From the NCBI GenBank assembly GCA_021786945.1, contig JAJYMK010000001.1, positions 64,794 through 128,793 on the forward strand: 64,000 nucleotides of DNA, given 5' to 3'. Below the pieces are notes generated by a model. The model did no database searches. It was not told where the DNA came from and worked only from the letters and a program-made list of their open reading frames with translations. A program made the translations under genes and the position numbers. Shown here piece by piece: positions 57,194 to 64,000 of the stretch (position 1 is the first letter of the stretch; each line of letters begins with the position of its first letter). Origin of the DNA: a bacterium. GTDB taxonomy: Bacteria; Patescibacteriota; Minisyncoccia; UBA6257; 02-FULL-45-10c.

Positions 57194-57658
57194 TTATTTT
57201 ATATTAATTATACGCTCTTTTTCTTTTTTTGAATGACTCAAAAAAACCTTAATCGTGTCTTTCGGCAAATATTTTAAAATCTTTTCCGGCCATTCAATCA
57301 AAACAATATTTTCCGGATTTTTTATTATTTTTTTGAAATCCAAATCAATTATTTCTTTAGGTTTCTGGATTCTATATAAATCAAAATGAAAAATATTTTT
57401 GAATTTTAAATCTTTAATCTTTAATTTTAAATCACTTATCGGGTATCTCCTGAAAATCACAAATGTCGGGCTGGGCACGTGAGTTTTTATCCCTAAAGAT
57501 TTTATGAACCCTCCGGTAAAAGCAGTTTTTCCCGAACCTAAGTCGCCAACTAAAGCCAAAACCTTTGCATTTTTTCCGGTGGCTTGTGAAACTATCTTTT
57601 TTGCCAGTTTCGCGGCAAATTTCTGAGTTTGTATTTTTGATTTACTTACCATAACCAT
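57194..57658 (-). CDS. tsaE: tRNA threonylcarbamoyladenosine biosynthesis protein TsaE
   Basis: P-loop LVGDLGSGKTAFTGGF and SPTF motif. Confidence 0.8.
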   Translation of the reverse strand: MVMVSKSKIQTQKFAAKLAKKIVSQATGKNAKVLALVGDLGSGKTAFTGGFIKSLGIKTHVPSPTFVIFRRYPISDLKLKIKDLKFKNIFHFDLYRIQKPKEIIDLDFKKIIKNPENIVLIEWPEKILKYLPKDTIKVFLSHSKKEKERIINIK

Positions 57659-58830
57659 TATTTAGAGTATAAACTATTTAGCTTTTTTAGCGTCATCGGA
57701 CCCAATATTTTCGTAGCAACGGAAAGGTTAATTGGTTTTAGAATATCGCTGCTATATTTTTCCTGAAACTGGCCAATGGCCAATTTTGTACACTTCAAAA
57801 AATTACCTGTTATCGGACAATCCTTTAAAGAATAACTTTCTGGAGGATAAACCCCTTGCCCTACCAAAGCCAGCTGTAAAGACAAAACATTTTTATTGTT
57901 TTTTATTCCATAAATCAAACCACTATTCCATTTATTAGGTAAAAGAGTTGATTCGGCATAAATTTTTGATGAATCAAAATATTTTTTGACTCCAATGTAA
58001 GTCCTATACGCCAATTCGTTAAAAAATAATTTTCTTATAGAACTATTTAAAGCATAACTATCATAAATATACCCATATTCGATAAGTAACGATGGACTAA
58101 ACAAAGTATTTTTGGGTCCAATAGCTATAAGCTGCTGGTCTTCCACTATTCCTTTATTTTCTAAAGGAAGATCGCTGACAGCCAAAACTTTTTCAAGGTT
58201 GGGAAAAATAGATTTGGCTAGTTCATTGCTGAAAAAATAATTATTCAGCTGTTTTTCGGGAATATAAATACTGAATCCAGAATAATCTCCAGCCACATTC
58301 TTTTTCCTGCCGGCCACATCATTAAAATGCACATGAATTATCAAATCCATATTATTTTCGTTGGCCCAGGCATTAATTCCAAATAAACGCGTCGCCACTT
58401 CTTTTTTGGCGGTATTGTGTTCCACGCCGTCAACCCATTGAAAATCAGGAAAAAGATTGCTGAACCAATCGTTCGACAAAGAAACATATTTTTCTATCGC
58501 ATCTTTTTTGTCCGTAAAATAATTTTTAAATACCGGTAAATAGCCGCTTGAATCACGGGTAATATACGCATCAAAATTCGGATCATTTTTGAAATAATCA
58601 AAAAGATTTGTGGCTAGCTGCAAATTAAAAGTCTCTTCTTTTATGGTTTTGAATTCGGCGCCGGGATATTCTTTGTCATGCCCCGGAACTATCAAAATTC
58701 TTATTTTGTCATTAAAATATTTACCCTTAAAAGCATCTATATCCTGATTTGTAATTTCAAGACCAGCCGCATTAGCGGTAAAACCAATAAATAAAGAAAT
58801 AAATATTAAAATTTTTCCAAAAAAATTCAT
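57658..58830 (-). CDS. N-acetylmuramoyl-L-alanine amidase (Amidase_3-like) with a C-terminal peptidoglycan-binding (PG_binding_1-like) domain
   Basis: Signal peptide; ILIVPGHDKEYPGAEF...AYITRD and DLIIHVHFNDVAGR...GFSIYIPE parallel Amidase_3 motifs; C-terminal LQLALVGQGVYPP... repeat. Confidence 0.55.
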   Translation of the reverse strand: MNFFGKILIFISLFIGFTANAAGLEITNQDIDAFKGKYFNDKIRILIVPGHDKEYPGAEFKTIKEETFNLQLATNLFDYFKNDPNFDAYITRDSSGYLPVFKNYFTDKKDAIEKYVSLSNDWFSNLFPDFQWVDGVEHNTAKKEVATRLFGINAWANENNMDLIIHVHFNDVAGRKKNVAGDYSGFSIYIPEKQLNNYFFSNELAKSIFPNLEKVLAVSDLPLENKGIVEDQQLIAIGPKNTLFSPSLLIEYGYIYDSYALNSSIRKLFFNELAYRTYIGVKKYFDSSKIYAESTLLPNKWNSGLIYGIKNNKNVLSLQLALVGQGVYPPESYSLKDCPITGNFLKCTKLAIGQFQEKYSSDILKPINLSVATKILGPMTLKKLNSLYSK

Positions 58831-58860
58831 ATTTTTGATGTCTTCAAAAAAGATTAAAAA

Positions 58861-59343
58861 CTAAAATAATTTTCTGTCTAATTTCTTCTCTAATTGAAGA
58901 ATAACATAAACCGCAATTAACCCTAAAATCAGGCTCAAAAATACATCCAAAGCCAATATTCCGCCAAAAGGCTGCCTATATCCAGAGTTTATTATCTGCC
59001 CATTTTGAAATTCTGATTTTATTTCTATTGTTTTTTGGTTTACCACTAGCTTCCCCTCTTCGGCTGTGCCGACATAGCTTAATTTATCAATTAAAACTCC
59101 ATTTTGATCAAATAAAGAAATATCCTCGCCGTTATTGTTTAAAGAAATTTTCGTGGTTGAAGAAAAAAGCGATAATTCTTCTTTTGGCTTAACAATTCCG
59201 CTCAAAGAAAAAGACTTTCCCGAAGCATCGGTTATTTTCCAGCCGGCCAAATTAACCGATTTGTCGGAATCGTTAAAAATTTTTATATATTCGCCGTCTT
59301 TATCCGGCCCGACGGGATTAGGCAAAAATTCTTTAATCAACAT
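58861..59343 (-). CDS. lamin tail domain (LTD) protein with a C-terminal TM anchor
   Basis: LIKEFLPNPVGPDKDGEYIKIFNDSDKSVNLAGWKITD matches the LTD consensus (NPxGxDxxxEwIEL.N....vdLsGW). Confidence 0.6.
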   Translation of the reverse strand: MLIKEFLPNPVGPDKDGEYIKIFNDSDKSVNLAGWKITDASGKSFSLSGIVKPKEELSLFSSTTKISLNNNGEDISLFDQNGVLIDKLSYVGTAEEGKLVVNQKTIEIKSEFQNGQIINSGYRQPFGGILALDVFLSLILGLIAVYVILQLEKKLDRKLF

Positions 59344-60514
59344 TTTCCAAAGTTTGGATTATTTTTCTTTTTTCCAGCCCGGCAATTTTGGTTTTTTCCA
59401 CATAACTTTTCATTTTATTGATCGTAAAATCATAAGTTGCGCAATCTACTGGATATGGCGTCGCATCTTTTCCTCCATGAGCAAAGCTATATCTGGCCGG
59501 ATCTTCATATGACGGCTTAGCGCCATAAATCACTTCACCAACCAAAGCCAAAGCACGCATAGTTTTTGGACCGACACCCTGCAAAGACAATAGTTTTTCG
59601 TAATTTTCCGGCTTTTCATCGCAAACTTTATATAAAATTTTTTCCAAATATTTACTCTTGCTGAAATCCTCATTGATAACCGGATGTGTATCAAATTCCT
59701 TATTTTCTAAATTCAATAAAATGAGCTGATTTGGCCCGATTCCCCATTTTGCCATCTGGCTTAAGTTAGAACTATGTTTTCTGAGCAGCTGAATATCCTT
59801 CATTAAAGTTTTATATCCTACTCCAACCATCTCCGTGCTTAGTTCCCTGGTTTTTTCGCTGTCCTTTGCCACCAAGTTTAAAACCGTGTCGCTATTTACT
59901 CCACCCACCTGCGAAATGCCCGAATGCGGCTCACAAACCAAGTCGTTTATATTTTCCGAATACCAGTGATACCTGCGCGCAGTCTGATTTCCTGTATTCA
60001 TTCCTTGCTGGACCACCGCCCACGCCCCCTCACTGCCTTTTTTATCCGAAGGTCTGCTGAAAAAGAAAGAATGGTGATAAATAGAATAGCCGTCCTGCAC
60101 CAAAGAGCTGTCCACCTTTGCGCTCATTTTAGAGTTATATATTAATGCATTGGTTTTTTCTTCACCTATTCCCAATCTATATCCCCAATTCGTAATTTCG
60201 TCCGGAACTTTCAGGGAAGTTTTTCCTTTTCCACCGCAAATAAAAATTCCCAGCTCTTTTTCCCGGCCACGGATAGCTTCTTTAAGCGCTGCGGTTAAAA
60301 TAGTGGTGAGTCCCGAAGCGTTCCAATCAAAAGCCAACACAGTTCCCAAAGACTGGAACCACACAGGATCCGCAATTCTTTTTATAAATTCATCCGGGCC
60401 CTCCTCGGCCACAATCACAGCCACCATTTCCCTGCCCAAAGCCACCATTCTATCGAATAGCCACTTAGGGCATTTTCCGTAATCAAGTGTGAATGTAGCA
60501 ATACCTCGTTGCAT
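59333..60514 (-). CDS. DUF763-family protein (393 aa)
   Basis: N-terminus MQRGIATFTLDYGKCPKWLFDRMVALGREM resembles the conserved start of DUF763 proteins as I recall it. The call is from memory, not a search. Confidence 0.4.
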   Translation of the reverse strand: MQRGIATFTLDYGKCPKWLFDRMVALGREMVAVIVAEEGPDEFIKRIADPVWFQSLGTVLAFDWNASGLTTILTAALKEAIRGREKELGIFICGGKGKTSLKVPDEITNWGYRLGIGEEKTNALIYNSKMSAKVDSSLVQDGYSIYHHSFFFSRPSDKKGSEGAWAVVQQGMNTGNQTARRYHWYSENINDLVCEPHSGISQVGGVNSDTVLNLVAKDSEKTRELSTEMVGVGYKTLMKDIQLLRKHSSNLSQMAKWGIGPNQLILLNLENKEFDTHPVINEDFSKSKYLEKILYKVCDEKPENYEKLLSLQGVGPKTMRALALVGEVIYGAKPSYEDPARYSFAHGGKDATPYPVDCATYDFTINKMKSYVEKTKIAGLEKRKIIQTLENVD

Positions 60515-60591
60515 GCCTAAATTTTACCACCAACAAATAAAAATACGAGTTTTGAGCTCGTATTTTTAATAAGCTATTTTAATTTAAGAAA

Positions 60592-61401
60592 CTATTTTAT
60601 TTCAGAAAGACATCTATTTTTAAAATTCAATAAATAATCTTTACCGACAATATTGTCATTTGGTAATTTAATATTTTCACACAACAATTTATCTCCTTTG
60701 TTTACCGCTATTTTATAAATACAATCAAATTTTTTTTCGAATGACCCGACATATTGCAAACATGGTTCAACATCATTTTTTGCAATAGCTATATTAGCAA
60801 CGCAGGTATCTCTAGCCACTGTACTACCCTCTGTAGCTATAATACACAAAGACAAATCTTTTGTGTTGTTTGCGATCCTTAAAACACAATCATTCTGCAC
60901 ATAAGAATCTTTAATTTGCCTACATGTATCAATATTATTGGTTACCACACCAAGATTAAAAAAACATTGATTCATTTGAGGAGTGGCCTGAAACGAAAAA
61001 CATGTTTTAATATCAAAGTCTTTGTTTATATCACTAATAATTCTACTATTACTTTGGTAAATAAAATAAGGAATAGAAACAATAATTGAAAAAACAATTA
61101 AAACAATACACTTTGTTACAATCCTATAGTTTTTATCTAACAAAAAAACCAATAAAACTCCGAGAATTGCATATTCAAGAGGATATAAAGATAACAATAA
61201 AGCACCACTAAAACTCGCTTGTTGTTGGTAAAGATAAAGTTGATTAAAACTAAATATAAAATTAGCTGGTGCTAAAAGAGGGCTCGCTCCCCAAAAAATT
61301 AATAAAAGAACCGCATCGCTTAAAATACCAAATAAACCACCAAAAAGAGCACCTTTCAATAATTTTTTAATTCTATTATTAGAAGCAAGTTCTTCGTTCA
61401 T
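60592..61401 (-). CDS. membrane protein with a Cys-rich extracytoplasmic C-terminal region (269 aa)
   Basis: Four or five TM helices, then a domain with ~11 Cys in repeated C-x(n)-C spacing. Confidence 0.35.
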   Translation of the reverse strand: MNEELASNNRIKKLLKGALFGGLFGILSDAVLLLIFWGASPLLAPANFIFSFNQLYLYQQQASFSGALLLSLYPLEYAILGVLLVFLLDKNYRIVTKCIVLIVFSIIVSIPYFIYQSNSRIISDINKDFDIKTCFSFQATPQMNQCFFNLGVVTNNIDTCRQIKDSYVQNDCVLRIANNTKDLSLCIIATEGSTVARDTCVANIAIAKNDVEPCLQYVGSFEKKFDCIYKIAVNKGDKLLCENIKLPNDNIVGKDYLLNFKNRCLSEIK

Positions 61402-61413
61402 AATTTTTAATTT

Positions 61414-62421
61414 TTAAAACAACTCCTCTCCCTTAGGATTCTTAATACCCAAATGTTTGTAAGCTTCCGGGGTGGCTACACGGCCAGCCGGAGTACGGAC
61501 CAAAAGACCAACACTCATAAGATATGGCTCGTAAACATCTTCAATAATTCCGCTGTCGTCGTTTAATGCAGCAGAAAGGGTCTGAATGCCCACCGGGCCG
61601 CCCTTAAACTTTTCAATAATAGTCATAAGTAATTGTCTATCCGTGGGCTCAAGACCTAAGTTGTCCACCTCCAACATTTCCAAAGTTTGTTTGGCAATTT
61701 CTTCATTTACGGTTGTGGCGTCGTTTACATCAGCAAAATCACGGACACGGCGGAGAAGCCTGTTGGCAGTTCTAGGAGTAAATCTGGAAGCCCTGGCAAT
61801 CACATTTAAAGCCTCTGGAGCAATTTCCAAATTCAAAAGCTTGGCGGACCTGTTTACAATCGCTTCAATATCGGGAATTTCGTAATAATCAAGTTTGAAG
61901 GTGGCGCCAAAACGGGAACGAAGCGGACCAGAAAGTAAATTCGCTCTGGTAGTGGCGGCAATCAAAGTAAATGGTGGGAGGTCTATGGCCAAAGTCCTGG
62001 CACCCGCGCCTTTTCCAACTATCAAATGCAATTTTCTGTTTTCCAAAGCAGGATACAAAACTTCTTCAATGGCTCGGTTCAGCCTGTGCGCCTCATCAAT
62101 AAACAAAACATCTCCTTTTTCCAAGTTGCTTAAAATTGCGGCTAGGTCTCCCATCTTTTCCAACGCCGGACCAGAAGTAATTTTTAAGTTCGCTCCCATT
62201 TCCCGGGCAATCAAATATGCCAAAGTGGTTTTTCCAAGACCTGCCTGTCCGTACAAAAGAAGGTGATCGCTCACTTCTCCTCTTTTTTTGGCGGCATCCA
62301 AAATAGTCTTCAAATTCTTTTTGATTTTGTGCTGGCCAACATAGTCATTCCAGCTGGACGGCCTCAAAGCCAAATCAATCACTTCATCTTCTTTTTTATT
62401 TACAGTCTTTTTGATATCCAT
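61414..62421 (-). CDS. ruvB: Holliday junction DNA helicase RuvB
   Basis: LRPSSWNDYVGQ...LLYGQAGLGKTTLA Walker A, DEAHRL Walker B, sensor and winged-helix domains. Confidence 0.9.
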   Translation of the reverse strand: MDIKKTVNKKEDEVIDLALRPSSWNDYVGQHKIKKNLKTILDAAKKRGEVSDHLLLYGQAGLGKTTLAYLIAREMGANLKITSGPALEKMGDLAAILSNLEKGDVLFIDEAHRLNRAIEEVLYPALENRKLHLIVGKGAGARTLAIDLPPFTLIAATTRANLLSGPLRSRFGATFKLDYYEIPDIEAIVNRSAKLLNLEIAPEALNVIARASRFTPRTANRLLRRVRDFADVNDATTVNEEIAKQTLEMLEVDNLGLEPTDRQLLMTIIEKFKGGPVGIQTLSAALNDDSGIIEDVYEPYLMSVGLLVRTPAGRVATPEAYKHLGIKNPKGEELF

Positions 62422-62454
62422 AAACTCTATAGTTATATTTTAACAGGTAATAGA

Positions 62455-63156
62455 TTATTTTAAACCTTCTTTGTTTTTATCCAGTTCCTGCTTATAACTC
62501 GCCAATTTTTCTTTATTTATTTTTGTTCTTTCAAAATCTACCGGTGTTATTTTTCTTATAGTTTTAGATTCAAAGTCGATATCGAAAACCATATCTTTCA
62601 ACTTCCACCCTCTTTCAACCCCGGCTTTTTCAAATTTATTCTTTAATTCTTCCATCTTCATTTCGGCTTCTTTCAGAATATTTTCCTTATCTTCCTTGTT
62701 TAAACCCATCTGGTCCAAAAAATCTTTTTCATACCAATTAATACCGGGAACTTTTTCCATCACAAATAAATAGTTACCATTATTTTCCGCTTTAGCGATA
62801 AGCCTTGGTGATGGCAGCCCTACTTCATTTAAAGCCTTAATAATTTCATATTCATAAAAAGGGTTTTTTGATTCTCCGATTTTGCCTTTTTTTACATTCA
62901 CTTTTTTACCAATCGTCATCAATATCTCCTCTTTATTTATCCAAGCCGGAAAGTTTTTAACAGCCGTAGGGTCCTCACGCACCATTCCCGCTTCGTCTTT
63001 TTTAATTTCTCCGGCTTTTATATTTTTACCCCACAACTCAAAATAACCCAATGGATCTTTTTTAAAATCTTCCGGAATAAAATCTTCAAAACCTCTCTCA
63101 ATTTCAATTTTATTTCTTGGTTCAGATTCTTTTTTAATAAAAAATCTTTCAAACAT
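62455..63156 (-). CDS. hypothetical protein (233 aa), possibly a small kinase-like fold
   Basis: Weak hinge-like YLFVMEKVPG and DMVFDID segments; not convincing. Confidence 0.25.
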   Translation of the reverse strand: MFERFFIKKESEPRNKIEIERGFEDFIPEDFKKDPLGYFELWGKNIKAGEIKKDEAGMVREDPTAVKNFPAWINKEEILMTIGKKVNVKKGKIGESKNPFYEYEIIKALNEVGLPSPRLIAKAENNGNYLFVMEKVPGINWYEKDFLDQMGLNKEDKENILKEAEMKMEELKNKFEKAGVERGWKLKDMVFDIDFESKTIRKITPVDFERTKINKEKLASYKQELDKNKEGLK

Positions 63157-63203
63157 ATACCATAATTAAACCATCTTTATTTTTTTAAAGCAAAAATTAC
63201 TAA

Positions 63204-63233
63204 TAAAAACAAAAAAACCGCGGAAAGCGGCCG
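63204..63233 (-). terminator. minus-strand intrinsic terminator (CCGC-ttucc-GCGG followed by T7 on the minus strand)
   Basis: The plus strand reads aaaaaaaCCGCGGAAAGCGG, so the complement carries the T-run. Confidence 0.45.
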
Positions 63234-63288
63234 ATGGTGTAATATTTTTATTCCTAATACGTTGTATTTCTTGCTGTTTCTGAGGTAC

Positions 63289-63317
63289 TTGACAAAACCA
63301 GATATTCGTGCTATATT
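63289..63317 (+). promoter_or_regulatory. strong sigma70-like promoter (TTGACA, 17-bp spacer, TATATT)
   Basis: -35 element at 63289-63294 and -10 element at 63312-63317, read directly. No plus-strand CDS lies downstream. Confidence 0.45.
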
Positions 63318-63323
63318 ATTTAT

Positions 63324-63536
63324 ATAAAGTTCGTTAAAAGAGTGTAACAGTCTGTGGGCGGGAATTAATTTTATACGGAAGATTTGGCTCCGGCGAGGTC
63401 TCTCCTATATGTAATTCTAACCTTCATATTTTTTCAAAATATAAAGCCCTACAAACTCTTGCCGCTACCACGGCAATTTGCCCACAGACTATTGCACTTT
63501 TTCCTGAAGCTACGCTCTACCAAGCGTAGTTTTTTG
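63324..63536 (+). ncRNA. candidate structured small RNA (~210 nt), possibly a 6S-like RNA
   Basis: Bounded by the promoter above and an intrinsic terminator (GCTACGCT-ctacca-AGCGTAGT followed by T6, 63509-63536). Long-range complementarity between the 5' CAGTCTGTGGGC (63348-63359) and the 3' GCCCACAGACTA (63479-63490), plus an internal hairpin TTGCCG-ctacca-CGGCAA. No ORF is present. Confidence 0.35.
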
Positions 63537-63558
63537 TTATTAGCCTTTAAAGTACAAC

Positions 63559-64000
63559 TTACATCAACTCCTCTATCGGACCCGTAATCTTTTCTACTTC
63601 GTCAAAAGTGGTCAGTCCGGAAATCACTTTCAGAACTCCGTCTTCCTGCATAGTCACCATTCCTTCTTTCCTGGCAAAATCCTCTATCTTCAGCTCCCCG
63701 CCTCCGGATATCAGGATACTCTCAACTTCTTTGCTCACTTTCAATAATTCATATATACCCACCCTGCCTTTATATCCTGTTCCCCCGCATTTATCACATC
63801 CGACGGCCTTATATATATTCAACTCCCTAAATGCTACTTTGTCTACCCTGGAAGGAATTTTTTCAATATACCCTTCAATTTTTTTCTTCATTTCCGGATC
63901 TGGTTCAACCTTCTGTTTACAGGCGGTACAAAGACGTTTTATAAGTCTCTGGGCGATTATCAGGTTCATGGCCGGGCCGATGCTGGTAGTTTTTACACCC
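63559..64000 (-). CDS. type II/IV secretion ATPase (GspE/PilB family), C-terminal portion; the gene continues beyond the window
   Basis: C-terminal zinc tetracysteine region CTACKQ...CDKCGGTGYKGRVGIYELL; the reading frame is open to the window edge. Confidence 0.7.
   Translation of the reverse strand, partial: GVKTTSIGPAMNLIIAQRLIKRLCTACKQKVEPDPEMKKKIEGYIEKIPSRVDKVAFRELNIYKAVGCDKCGGTGYKGRVGIYELLKVSKEVESILISGGGELKIEDFARKEGMVTMQEDGVLKVISGLTTFDEVEKITGPIEELM

Noticed and set aside
49447-62421. ruvA and ruvB being separated by ~11 kb as evidence of rearrangement
   Set aside because: Separate ruvA and ruvB loci occur in various bacteria. There is no direct evidence of recent rearrangement here.

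Overview
This 64 kb window is low-GC and gene-dense, consistent with a small-genome, possibly CPR/Patescibacteria-like bacterium, and it falls into two compositionally distinct parts. Positions 1 to ~15,560 are a visibly GC-richer, single-strand (+), tightly packed phage structural and lysis module. Its calls are: a scaffold-like acidic protein; a putative major capsid protein; a beta-helix tail spike; a protein built of ~28 tandem 14-residue repeats; a LysM virion protein; a 1061-aa protein with a minimal nucleotidyltransferase motif; and a holin / Amidase_2 endolysin / small-membrane-protein lysis cassette. From ~15,600 onward the AT-rich host backbone carries housekeeping genes: mltG; two ABC export systems, one under an ECF sigma/anti-sigma pair with an HlyD adaptor; tRNA-Arg and tRNA-Gly plus a tRNA-like 5' fragment; ileS; argS; smpB followed by ssrA (tmRNA); infC-rpmI-rplT; NUDIX, PolX, a membrane-anchored ClpC-like ATPase and an EndoQ-like PHP nuclease; a LOG/TIGR00725 protein; a beta-CASP RNase; a Mur ligase; ruvA; an M16 peptidase; rpsT; holA; mutM; a sensor kinase; a Pol I split into separate 5'-nuclease and polymerase ORFs; tsaE; an Amidase_3; a lamin-tail-domain protein; DUF763; ruvB; and a partial pilB/gspE. 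The most notable observations are: a ~200-aa histidine-phosphatase (RHG) domain embedded inside IleS between two Cys pairs; the 42-bp in-frame tandem repeat gene in the phage; an orphan promoter/terminator-bounded structured sRNA candidate (6S-like) near the 3' end of the window; several GC-rich islets within the AT-rich backbone; and a tRNA-Arg with an unusual GCG anticodon preceded by a tRNA 5'-half remnant. All calls are from reading the sequence and ORF translations; no database searches were run.
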